Notes: generated from the sequence alone by a model not told the origin. A stretch of 42,249 nt of DNA from Burkholderiales bacterium (GCA_035266805.1 DATFMS010000113.1:1-42249), one strand, 5' to 3'; positions 33,076 to 41,224 are shown, numbered from the stretch's first letter. Translations and numbers: made by a program.

Positions 33076-33751
33076 GCAGGCCGTTGAGGCCCATGCCGAG
33101 GCCGGCGAAGGCGCCCATGGTCTCGGAAACCTGGAACGCGCGCGCGGTACCGATGCCGTGTGCCGCCACCCCGACTGCGAAGCCGCGCACCGCGTGGTCG
33201 TGGATGCGCAGCAGGTTGAGCGTGCCGCGCGCGAGCACCGCGCCGAGAATGCCGGTGCACACCACCAGCACCGCGGTGAGCGACGGCAGGCCGCCGAGCT
33301 TTTCGGCGATCCCCATCGCGATCGGGGTGGTGACGGATTTCGGCGCCATCGACAGCAGGGTCACGCGATCCGCCCCCAGCAGCCAGCCGATGCCGACCGC
33401 CGACAGCGCGGCGACCAGCGAGCCGGCGAGCAGCGCGCCGAGCACCGGCACCAGGTTCTTCTTCAGCTTGCCGAGGTTGGCGTACAGCGGCACCGCCAGC
33501 GCCACCGTCGCCGGCCCGAGCAGGAAGTGCACGAACTGCGCGCCGTCGAAGTAGGTCTGGTAGGGCGTCCCCGTCGCCCACAGCAGGGCGACCAGGAACG
33601 CGACCGACAGCGCGACCGGGTTGGCGAGCGGGTTCATGTCGAGGCGGCGGTAGATCCAGTACGCCGCCTGGTACGCGACCAGCGTGACGGTCAGGCCGAG
33701 CAGCGGCGAGGTCGACAGGTAGACCCAGATCTCGGTGAAGCGGCTGCTCAT
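33029..33751 (-). CDS. lrgB: LrgB-family membrane protein
   Basis: C-terminal 240 codons of track ORF 33029-35992: MSSRFTEIWVYLSTSPLLGLTVTLVAYQ..., SMAPKSVTTPIAMGIAEKLGG and GFAVGVAAHGIGTARA. Confidence 0.88.
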   Translation of the reverse strand: MSSRFTEIWVYLSTSPLLGLTVTLVAYQAAYWIYRRLDMNPLANPVALSVAFLVALLWATGTPYQTYFDGAQFVHFLLGPATVALAVPLYANLGKLKKNLVPVLGALLAGSLVAALSAVGIGWLLGADRVTLLSMAPKSVTTPIAMGIAEKLGGLPSLTAVLVVCTGILGAVLARGTLNLLRIHDHAVRGFAVGVAAHGIGTARAFQVSETMGAFAGLGMGLNGLLTAFLFPLLVTLWGR

Positions 33752-34095
33752 CGGCGTGCCTGCAGCGCGCGCATCACCAGCGCGGTGATGCCGATGGTGA
33801 TCACCGTGCTGGCGACCAGCGCGACGCTGATCGGCAGCCACTCCGCCTCGAGCCGCCTGAAATGCAGCATCACCCCGACGCCGGCGGGAACGAACAGCAG
33901 CGACAGGTGCGACAGCAGCGTCTGCGCCGTTCCGTTCAGCCAGTCCGGCGCGCCGCCGCGCAGGGCGAGGCTCAGGAACAGCAGCAGCATGCCGACCACC
34001 GGCCCCGGCACCGGCAGACCCGCGGCCTGCACGATCACCTCGCCGACCAGCTGGTAGACCAGGAGCACGGTGATCGCAGCGAGCATGGCGGGCAA
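33748..34095 (-). CDS. lrgA: CidA/LrgA-family membrane protein
   Basis: About 112-115 aa and 4 TM segments (LLVYQLVGEVIVQAAGLPVPGPVVGMLLLF, LLFVPAGVG). The track start is TTG 34095, but ATG 34086 is probably the true start. ATGA overlap with lrgB. Confidence 0.85.
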   Translation of the reverse strand: MPAMLAAITVLLVYQLVGEVIVQAAGLPVPGPVVGMLLLFLSLALRGGAPDWLNGTAQTLLSHLSLLFVPAGVGVMLHFRRLEAEWLPISVALVASTVITIGITALVMRALQARR

Positions 34096-34153
34096 ATGTT
34101 AACACCGGCGAAACGCGGGCCCTGCACGCGACCCGCCCTGCTAGGCTGACGCG

Positions 34154-35518
34154 ATGAGCCACGCCGCGCCCGCCGCCGACGCCCGTACCGAGCGCCTGCT
34201 CGCGGCGCCGATCCTGCCGACGCTGCTGCGCCTGTCGGCCCCGGGAGCGCTGCTGGTGGTGTTCCAGTCGATGATCTCGATCGGCGACACCTGGTTCGTC
34301 AGCCGGCTCGGGACCGTGCCGCTCGCGGGCCTGGCGCTGGTATTCCCGCTGCTGATGCTGCTGCAGATGACTTCCGCCGGCGCGATGGGCGGCGGCGTCG
34401 CGTCGGCGATCGCGCGCGCGCTCGGCGCCGGCGACCTCGTCACCGTGCGGCGCCTGGTGGTCCATGCGCTGGCGATCGCCCTCGCGCTGGGGATCGCGTT
34501 CACGCTGCTGCTGCGGGGCTTCGGCCGGCCGGTGTACCGGCTGCTCGGCGCCCAGGACGCGACCGTCGGATTCGCCCTCGCCTACTCGAACGTCGTGTTC
34601 GGCGGCGCAATCCTGGTGTGGCTCGCCAACACGCTTGCCAGCGCGCTGCGCGGCACCGGCAACATGCTGCTGCCGGCGCTCACGCTCAGCGCCGCCACCC
34701 TGGTGCACGTGCCGCTTTCGGGATCGCTGGTGCTCGGCCTGGGGCCAATGCCGCAGCTCGGGATCGCCGGCGCCGGCGTCGCCTACGTCACCACCTTCGG
34801 CCTGTCGGCGCTCGCGATGACGTTCGCGGTGTTCCGCGGCGGCAGCCTGCTGCGGCCGCGCGCCGGCGACTTCCGGCTCGAGCGGCGGCTGTTCAGGGAA
34901 ATCCTGCGGGTGGGCGGGATTTCGGTCGCCTCGTCGGCGCAGACCGTGCTCACGACGGTGGTGCTTACCGGCTTCGTCGGGCGCTTCGGCACCGCGGCGC
35001 TCGCCGGCTACGGCGTCGGACTGCGCCTCGAGCTGCTGCAGATTCCGCTCGTGTTCGCGGTCGGGCAGGCAATGGTGGCGCTGGTCGGTACCCACGTCGG
35101 CGCCGGGCGCGCACTGCGGGCGAAAAAGATCGCCTTCGCCGGCGGCGGGCTCGCTGCGGGCGTGAGCCTCGCCATCGGCGTCACGATCACGATCGTGCCG
35201 CAGGCCTGGATGGGCCTGTTCAGCGCCGATGCCGCGGTGCTCGACGCCGGCGCACGCTACCTGCGCACGGTCGGGCTGTGCTATCCGTTCCTCGCCGTGG
35301 GCCTCGCGCTGTACTTCGCCTCGCAGGGCGCGGGCCAGGTGCTCTGGCCGGTGCTGGCCGGCACTGCGCGCCTGCTGATCGTGGTGGCCGGAGGCAGCGC
35401 CGTGCTCGCCGCCGGCGCGGGATTGCAGAGCGTGTTCGCGGTGATCGCCATCGCCATGCTGATCTTCGGCGTGCTCACTGCCCTCGCGGTCACCAGGGCG
35501 GTGTGGGGGGTGCGCTAA
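34154..35518 (+). CDS. MATE-family efflux transporter
   Basis: 454 aa, 12 TM segments, with N-terminal LLRLSAPGALLVVFQSMISIGDTWFVSRLG typical of MATE pumps. Confidence 0.88.
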   Translation: MSHAAPAADARTERLLAAPILPTLLRLSAPGALLVVFQSMISIGDTWFVSRLGTVPLAGLALVFPLLMLLQMTSAGAMGGGVASAIARALGAGDLVTVRRLVVHALAIALALGIAFTLLLRGFGRPVYRLLGAQDATVGFALAYSNVVFGGAILVWLANTLASALRGTGNMLLPALTLSAATLVHVPLSGSLVLGLGPMPQLGIAGAGVAYVTTFGLSALAMTFAVFRGGSLLRPRAGDFRLERRLFREILRVGGISVASSAQTVLTTVVLTGFVGRFGTAALAGYGVGLRLELLQIPLVFAVGQAMVALVGTHVGAGRALRAKKIAFAGGGLAAGVSLAIGVTITIVPQAWMGLFSADAAVLDAGARYLRTVGLCYPFLAVGLALYFASQGAGQVLWPVLAGTARLLIVVAGGSAVLAAGAGLQSVFAVIAIAMLIFGVLTALAVTRAVWGVR

Positions 35519-36306
35519 GCGAAGAACTCGATCAGCGCGTCGAGCACCGCGTCGGGCGCTTCGGCCATCAGCGAGTGCCCCGAAGAGGCGATCTGCACCG
35601 TGCGGCTGCCGGCAATCGCCTGCGCGATCGACGCCGCAGCCCGGGGCGGAGTCATCACGTCGCGCCGCCCGAGCAGGAACAGGGCGGGGCATTTCACCCT
35701 GGCCGCGCTGTCGAGTCCCGCGGCGTAATCGTTGCACGCCTTGAGGTCGCTGTGCAGCACGCCGGGTGCAAGCCGCGCCAGCCGCGCCAGGGTGTCGCCG
35801 TACATCCACATGCCGGGATTCGGGTTGCCGCCGAGCGGCACCTGCGGCGCGTGGCCCCAGATGGTGGACATGTCGAACGCCTCCTGCGCGTTCTTTCGCG
35901 CTGCCTCCAGGAACGCCTCCGAGACCTTCATCGGGTACGCGACGCCGATCAACGCGACGCGCTCCACGCGCGCGGGGTGGTGCGCGGCGCACTCGAGCGC
36001 GATCAGAGACCCTAGCGAGTGTCCGACCAGCGCTGCCTCGCCGAGACCGGCGCCGTCGAGCACCCGCACGACCCAGTCCGCCATCGCCTCGACCGACGCG
36101 AGCGGCGGCCCGTCGCTGCGGCCGTGCCCCGGCAGGTCGAGCGCGAGAACGTTGCGCCCGTGATAACCGAAGTACCGGCTCTGCAGCCCGAACCAGCTGT
36201 GATCGAGTCCCGCGCCGTGCAGGAACACGACGCTCGGCCGCGCCGCGTCGATCGCGTGCGCGGCCGTGTAGGCAAAGACCTGCTTGCCGTCGACAGCGAA
36301 ATTCAT
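35515..36306 (-). CDS. Alpha/beta-fold hydrolase (263 aa)
   Basis: VVFLHGAGLDHSW, the nucleophile elbow LVGHSLGS and C-terminal SGHSLMAE. ATGA overlap with metY. Confidence 0.82.
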   Translation of the reverse strand: MNFAVDGKQVFAYTAAHAIDAARPSVVFLHGAGLDHSWFGLQSRYFGYHGRNVLALDLPGHGRSDGPPLASVEAMADWVVRVLDGAGLGEAALVGHSLGSLIALECAAHHPARVERVALIGVAYPMKVSEAFLEAARKNAQEAFDMSTIWGHAPQVPLGGNPNPGMWMYGDTLARLARLAPGVLHSDLKACNDYAAGLDSAARVKCPALFLLGRRDVMTPPRAAASIAQAIAGSRTVQIASSGHSLMAEAPDAVLDALIEFFA

Positions 36307-37604
36307 TGCAATGCCTTCTTCGCCGCGCCCAGCGCGCGGCCCAGGTCGTCGATCAGGTCCTGCGCGTCCTCCAGCCCTATCGAGAGCCGCACCGTGCCGG
36401 CGCTGATGCCGGCTTTCTTCAGGTCCTGGTCCGACATGCGGTAGTGCGTGGTGGTGGCGGGATGGATCACCAGCGACTTCGCGTCGCCGACGTTGGCCAG
36501 GTGCGAGAAGATGCGCAGGCTCTCGATGAACGCGCGTCCGGCGGGGCGCCCGCCCTTCATGTTGAACGAGAACACCGCGCCCGCACCGTGCGGCAGCAGC
36601 CGCTGCGCCAGCGCATGATCGGGGTGCGAGGCCAGCTCCGGGTAGCCGACCGACTCGACCATCGGGTGCGCGGCGAGGAAAGTCACCACCTTGCGCGTGT
36701 TATCGACGTGGCGCGGCATTCTCAAGTGCAACGTCTCGATTCCCTGCAGGATGTGGAACGCGGTCATCGGCGCCATGCAGGCGCCGAAGTCGCGCAAGCC
36801 CTCGCGCCGCGCGCGCAAGAGGAACGCCCGCGTGCCCGACTCGTCCTCGAAGTCCATGTCGTGGAAGCCCTCGTAAGGCGCGGTGAGCTGGGGAAACTTG
36901 CCGCTCTTGCCCCAGTCGAAGCGCCCCGAGTCGACCAGCACGCCGCCGATCGCCACGCCGTGGCCGCCGAGGAACTTGGTCGCCGAGTGGTAGAGCAGGT
37001 CGGCGCCCAGCTCGAAGGGTTTCATCAGGTACGGCGTGGTGAAAGTCGAGTCGACCAGCAGCGGCAGGCCCGCCGCGTGCGCGATCTGCGCCACGGCGGG
37101 GATGTCGAGCACGTCTAGTCCCGGGTTGCCGAGCGTCTCGCCGAAGACCAGCCGCGTGTTGTCCCGCATCGCGCGCTCGAAATTGCGCGGATCGCGCGGG
37201 CTGACGAAGGTCGTGTCGATGCCGAAGCGCCTGAGCGTGTAGCCCAGCAGGTTGTGCGAGCCGCCGTAGAGCGAATTCGAGGCGACGACGTGGTGCCCGG
37301 CGTCGAGCAGGGTAGCGACCGCCAGGTGCAGCGCCGCCTGTCCCGACGCGGTCGCGATCGCACCGACGCCGCCCTCGAGCGCGGCGACGCGCTCCTCGAG
37401 CACCGCCACGGTCGGGTTGGAGATGCGCGAGTACACGTGCCCCGCGCGCTCCATGTTGAACAGCGAGGCCGCGTGCTCGGTGTCGCGAAAGACGTACGAG
37501 GTGGTGGCGTAGATCGGCACCGCGCGGCTGCCGGTCGTCGCGTCGGGCGACTGGCCGGCGTGCAGCGCGAGCGTGTCGAGAGCGGGGTATTTGGGTGCTG
37601 CCAT
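36303..37604 (-). CDS. metY: O-acetylhomoserine aminocarboxypropyltransferase (sulfhydrylase)
   Basis: Start at MAAPKYPALDTLALHAGQ with GGAG upstream. AVPIYATTSYVF, SRISNPT and HSATKFLGGHG (PLP Lys) are Cys/Met-metabolism PLP family motifs of MetY type. Confidence 0.9.
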   Translation of the reverse strand: MAAPKYPALDTLALHAGQSPDATTGSRAVPIYATTSYVFRDTEHAASLFNMERAGHVYSRISNPTVAVLEERVAALEGGVGAIATASGQAALHLAVATLLDAGHHVVASNSLYGGSHNLLGYTLRRFGIDTTFVSPRDPRNFERAMRDNTRLVFGETLGNPGLDVLDIPAVAQIAHAAGLPLLVDSTFTTPYLMKPFELGADLLYHSATKFLGGHGVAIGGVLVDSGRFDWGKSGKFPQLTAPYEGFHDMDFEDESGTRAFLLRARREGLRDFGACMAPMTAFHILQGIETLHLRMPRHVDNTRKVVTFLAAHPMVESVGYPELASHPDHALAQRLLPHGAGAVFSFNMKGGRPAGRAFIESLRIFSHLANVGDAKSLVIHPATTTHYRMSDQDLKKAGISAGTVRLSIGLEDAQDLIDDLGRALGAAKKALQ

Positions 37605-37616
37605 CGCGGGCTCCGC

Positions 37617-37645
37617 AATAGAAAACGCCCCTCGCAAGGGGCGTT
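37617..37645 (-). terminator. Rho-independent terminator-like hairpin
   Basis: The minus strand reads AACGCCCCT-TGCG-AGGGGCGTT followed by TTCTATT: a 9-bp GC-rich stem, a tetraloop and a T-rich tail. It starts 16 nt after the stop at 37662 and ends 12 nt before the metY ATG. Confidence 0.7.
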
Positions 37646-37661
37646 CGTAGGGTCGGCTCGT

Positions 37662-38216
37662 CTAGTGCAGGTGCTTGCGGCTCGGCCGCGTGTAGACCTC
37701 GAACGCGCGCTCGGACGGCTTCGGCTGCGCGGCCTTCTCCTTCCAGTCGCGGTCGAACAGGTCGTTCACCAGCATTACGACCTCGGCCGCACGTTCCTTG
37801 TCGAACTGGCGCTCGAGCAGCGCGGAGACGTCCTCGATCATGCAGCGGCGTTGCGCCTCGTGGATCGCCTGCGCGGTCGGGCCGACGAACAGCAGGCGCC
37901 CTTCCTGGTCGCCGTTCTCCTGGTACAGCGTGAGGTCGACCTCGACCGCTTCGTAGCAGTACGGCCCGAGGTTCTCCAGCGCCTCGTCCAGCGCGCGATG
38001 GAAGCTGCGGCCGATTTCTCCGGTCCAGCAGACGTACAGCATGAGGTCCTTTTCGTCGAATTTGAGCCCCGGTTCGTCCGGCTCCAGGCTCTTGACGTCG
38101 CCCAGGCCCTCGGCGTCCAGGTACTCGAGCCACGGCGCCAGCGCCTGCTCGATCTGCTTCTTCGAGACCCCTTCCAGAATGGGGATGTCGGCGTGTACGT
38201 GAACTTCGACGCGCAT
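37662..38216 (-). CDS. Conserved-looking hypothetical acidic protein (184 aa)
   Basis: Start at MRVEVHVHADIPILEG... with AAGGA 8 nt upstream. High GC3 bias. No family recognised. Confidence 0.6.
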   Translation of the reverse strand: MRVEVHVHADIPILEGVSKKQIEQALAPWLEYLDAEGLGDVKSLEPDEPGLKFDEKDLMLYVCWTGEIGRSFHRALDEALENLGPYCYEAVEVDLTLYQENGDQEGRLLFVGPTAQAIHEAQRRCMIEDVSALLERQFDKERAAEVVMLVNDLFDRDWKEKAAQPKPSERAFEVYTRPSRKHLH

Positions 38217-38288
38217 GGCGCAATCCTTGCGAAAAAAGCGTGACATTCTACCATCCGGGCCTCGGCCGGGGCTTGAATCCCGGCCCGG

Positions 38289-38304
38289 CGGCACAAAGTT
38301 TGCT
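38289..38304 (+). promoter_or_regulatory. Sigma-54-like -24/-12 element cGGCAC-AAAGT-TTGCT
   Basis: GG (38290-91) and GC (38302-03) have the canonical spacing of the TGGCAC-N5-TTGC consensus. The site lies 47 nt upstream of the ATG at 38351, in a divergent intergenic region. Confidence 0.4.
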
Positions 38305-38350
38305 TGTAGTTGTCCAAGGTCTTGGCAACGGTGCGCCGAAGGAGGTTGCA

Positions 38351-38581
38351 ATGAACGTTCTGTACAACAACGGCGATTTTTACGTCACCGAGTTCCCCGG
38401 CTGGGGCATCGAGCTGGTGGACACGCGCGCCGGCCGCGGGGCCTACTTGGAGGGTGCCCTGGAACGTCAGTTCCGTGCCGAAATGGCGCACCTGATATCG
38501 GGCGGGCCGAGCGACGAGTCGGTCGAGGCTTTCCTCGGCAGCTACGAGGCATTGCTCACCAACCCGATGGTGTTCCACTAG
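38351..38581 (+). CDS. Small hypothetical protein (76 aa; resembles DUF3567-type proteins from memory)
   Basis: Strong RBS GAAGGAGG 6 nt upstream of the ATG. Translation MNVLYNNGDFYVTEFPGWGIELVDTRAGRGAYLEG.... The upstream 37 codons of the track ORF are not needed. Confidence 0.65.
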   Translation: MNVLYNNGDFYVTEFPGWGIELVDTRAGRGAYLEGALERQFRAEMAHLISGGPSDESVEAFLGSYEALLTNPMVFH

Positions 38582-38632
38582 CGCAGGCCCGGTTTCGCAG
38601 CCGGGCAGCCCGAATCCATTAGCATTCGGGCA

Positions 38633-39790
38633 ATGGTAAGACCCGATTACGCTGGCGCCGGCCTGCTCAACCTGATCGCCTCGCTGACCGAGGCGCGCGG
38701 CGGCCGGGCGCTCCAGCCGACGCTCGCGCAGCTGCCACCGGCGGAGATCTCCGCAGCGCGCAATGTCGTGCTGCTGATCGTCGACGGTCTGGGCGACCTC
38801 TACCTGACGCGGCGTGGCGCCGGCGGCGAGCTCGCGCGCCGGCGGCGGGGCGCGATCACGTCCGTGTTTCCCTCCACCACCGCCAGCGCGATCACCACTT
38901 CGTACACCGGCTGCGCGCCGCTCGAGCACGGCCTGACCGGGTGGTTCACCTATTTCGGCGCCTGCGGCTGCGTCGCCGCGGCGCTGCCGTTCCGTTCCCG
39001 CGGCGACTACCGCCCGCTCGGCGCGCGCGGTGTCGAGCCGGGCGCGATCTACGCCTCGCCCTCGCTGTTCGACGCACTGCCGCTGCGCTCGATCGTCGTC
39101 TCGCAGCGTGAGATCATCGATTCCGACTACAACCTGCACCATTGCGGGCGCGCCGAGCGGCGCGCCTACGACGACCTGGAGGGCCTGCTGCGCGAGACCG
39201 AGGCAGCGGTGAAGTCGGGCAGCGAGCGCAAGTTCGTCTACGTCTACTGGCCGCTGTACGACACGCTGTCGCACGCCCATGGCGCGGAAAGCCCGCAGGC
39301 GGCGCAGCACTTCGCCGAGATAGATGCGGCCTTCGGCGCGCTGCTGGCACGCCTGGCCGGGACCGACAGCGCGGTGGTGGCAACCGCGGACCACGGCTTC
39401 ATCGACTGCCCGCCGGAGGCCGCGCTGCAGCTCGAGGACGGGCCCGGACTTTCGGCGCTGCTGCGCTTGCCGCTGTGCGGCGAGCGCCGCGTCGCGTACT
39501 GCCACGTGCAGGAGGGACGGGTGAAGGAGTTCATGGCACGCGCGGCACAATGGCTCGACGGCCGCGCGCAGGTGCGCGAGAGCCGCGAGCTGCTGGCCGA
39601 GGGCTGGTTCGGCGTCGGCCCCGCGCACCCGCGCATCGCCGAGCGCGTCGGCGACGTCACGCTGATGATGAGCGAGAGGTTTACCATCAAGGACTGGATG
39701 CCGGGCGAGCCCCGGCACCTGCACATCGGCAACCACGGCGGAGCGAGCGCGGAAGAGATGATGATCCCGCTGGTGGTCGCCGCGACCTAG
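38633..39790 (+). CDS. Alkaline-phosphatase-superfamily protein (nucleotide pyrophosphatase/phosphodiesterase-like)
   Basis: LLIVDGLGD, VFPSTTASAITT (candidate Thr/Ser nucleophile), YDTLSHAHG, ATADHGF and HIGNHGG are metal-ligand motifs of the superfamily. Confidence 0.8.
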   Translation: MVRPDYAGAGLLNLIASLTEARGGRALQPTLAQLPPAEISAARNVVLLIVDGLGDLYLTRRGAGGELARRRRGAITSVFPSTTASAITTSYTGCAPLEHGLTGWFTYFGACGCVAAALPFRSRGDYRPLGARGVEPGAIYASPSLFDALPLRSIVVSQREIIDSDYNLHHCGRAERRAYDDLEGLLRETEAAVKSGSERKFVYVYWPLYDTLSHAHGAESPQAAQHFAEIDAAFGALLARLAGTDSAVVATADHGFIDCPPEAALQLEDGPGLSALLRLPLCGERRVAYCHVQEGRVKEFMARAAQWLDGRAQVRESRELLAEGWFGVGPAHPRIAERVGDVTLMMSERFTIKDWMPGEPRHLHIGNHGGASAEEMMIPLVVAAT

Positions 39791-39800
39791 GGAGAAGAGG

Positions 39801-40598
39801 ATGAAAGCGACCGTCAACGGCATCGAGACCTACTACGAGATCCACGGCAAGGAAGGCGCACCGTGGCTCACCCTGAGCCACTCGCTTGCCTGCAGCACGC
39901 GCATGTGGGACCCGCAGATCGAGGCCCTCAAGAGCCGCTACCGTATCCTCGGCTACGACACGCGCGGCCACGGCGAGAGCATGGCGCCGGCCGGCGCCTA
40001 TACGCTCGAGCAGCTCGCCGACGACCTGCACGCCCTGCTCAAGCATCTCGCGATCGAGAGCACGCACTTCGTCGGCCTTTCGATGGGCGGCATGATCGGG
40101 CAGACCTTCGCCCTCAAGTACCCGGGCGTGTTCCGCAGCCTGACGCTCGCCGACACCACCAGCCGCTACCCGGCCGATGCGGCAAGCACGTGGAACGAGC
40201 GCATTCAGACGGTCGAGACGCGCGGCATGCAGCCGCTGGTGCAGCCGACCCTCGAGCGCTGGTTCACGGAAGGCTTCCGCAAGGCGCATCCCGAGGTTGT
40301 GCAGCGGGTGGCGGTGCTGATCGCCGGCACCCCGGTGGCGGGCTACGCCGGCTGCAGCCACGCGATCCCGAAGATCAACCTGACCGCCAGGCTGAAGGAA
40401 ATCAAGTGTCCGATCCTGGTGATCTGCGGCGACAAGGACCCGGGCACGCCGCCGGCGATGGCGCGCGAGATCCACGACAACGCGCCCGGCTCGAAGCTGG
40501 TGCTGATCCCCGACGCGGCGCACCTGTCCAACCTGGAAAAGCCCGCCGAGTTCAACCGCGCGCTGGAAGACTTCCTTTCATCCCTGCCCAGCGCCTGA
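39801..40598 (+). CDS. Alpha/beta hydrolase, 3-oxoadipate enol-lactonase-like
   Basis: 265 aa: YDTRGHGES, the nucleophile elbow FVGLSMGG, P(I)LVICGDKDPGTPP and DAAHLSNLE. RBS GGGAGAAGAGG upstream. Confidence 0.82.
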   Translation: MKATVNGIETYYEIHGKEGAPWLTLSHSLACSTRMWDPQIEALKSRYRILGYDTRGHGESMAPAGAYTLEQLADDLHALLKHLAIESTHFVGLSMGGMIGQTFALKYPGVFRSLTLADTTSRYPADAASTWNERIQTVETRGMQPLVQPTLERWFTEGFRKAHPEVVQRVAVLIAGTPVAGYAGCSHAIPKINLTARLKEIKCPILVICGDKDPGTPPAMAREIHDNAPGSKLVLIPDAAHLSNLEKPAEFNRALEDFLSSLPSA

Positions 40599-41142
40599 CC
40601 CCCGGCGCGCGGATGCCGAACAGGTCGAGCACCCGTGCCACGGTGTGCTCGACCAGCTCGTCGATGCTCTTTGGCTTTGCATAGAGCGCCGGCACGGGCG
40701 GAAAGACGATCCCCCCCATTTCGGTCACCGCCACCATGTTGCGCAGGTGCGCGAGGTTGAGCGGCGCCTCGCGCGGCAGCAGCACCAGGCGCCGCCGCTC
40801 CTTGAGAACCACGTCGGCGGCGCGCGACACCAGGTCGTCGGCGTGCGCGTGGGCCGCCGCGGCGAGCGTCTTCATCGAGCACGGCGCGATCACCATGCCT
40901 TCGGTCAGGAACGAGCCGCTGGCGATCGTCGCCCCGACGTCGCGCGGGCTGTAGGCGGCGTCGGCCAGGCGCTCGATCTCGCGCCGCTTGAGGCCCAGCT
41001 CCTGCCAGGCGGTCAGCGCCCCCGCCTCCGACAGCACCAGGTGGCTCTCCCAGCCGCGCTGCCGGCGCAGCGCCTGCAGCAGCTGCACGCCGTAGGCCGC
41101 TCCGGTCGCGCCGGTGATCGCGACGATCAGTCGTTTCGCCAT
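40552..41142 (-). CDS. ubiX: Flavin prenyltransferase UbiX
   Basis: Start at MAKRLIVAITGATGAAYG. MVIAPCSMKTLAAAAHA, VVLKERRRLVLLPREAPL and GGIVFPPVPALY match the UbiX/Pad1 family. Confidence 0.9.
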   Translation of the reverse strand: MAKRLIVAITGATGAAYGVQLLQALRRQRGWESHLVLSEAGALTAWQELGLKRREIERLADAAYSPRDVGATIASGSFLTEGMVIAPCSMKTLAAAAHAHADDLVSRAADVVLKERRRLVLLPREAPLNLAHLRNMVAVTEMGGIVFPPVPALYAKPKSIDELVEHTVARVLDLFGIRAPGVRRWAGMKGSLPARG

Positions 41143-41180
41143 GGCCGCAAGCCTACCTGATGCACGCCGCTTCGTGCGGC

Positions 41181-41208
41181 TTGACGCCGCTCGGCTGCCG
41201 GCTAGGAT
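41181..41208 (+). promoter_or_regulatory. Sigma-70-like promoter: TTGACG, 16-nt spacer, TAGGAT (second copy of the 18-nt block)
   Basis: TTGACG at 41181-86 and TAGGAT at 41203-08, 17 nt upstream of the MFS ATG. GGCTTGACGCCGCTCGGC (41178-95) is identical to 323-340. Confidence 0.5.
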
Positions 41209-41224
41209 GCGTCCGGGGGGGGTC

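Noticed and set aside
33752-35992. Upstream 747 codons of the 987-aa minus-strand ORF that ends as LrgB
   Set aside because: This part is antisense to the MATE gene and the alpha/beta hydrolase region, with a low-complexity Arg/Gly/Ala translation. LrgB homology starts at MSSRFTEIW (33751), which overlaps the lrgA stop.
38588-38630. Two hairpins (CCCGG-N8-CCGGG and CCCGAAT-N8-ATTCGGG) between the 76-aa gene and the phosphodiesterase-family gene, considered as a terminator or riboswitch
   Set aside because: The stems are short, there is no U-tract, and the region is too small for a known riboswitch class. They are mentioned only as a possible translational hairpin within another finding.
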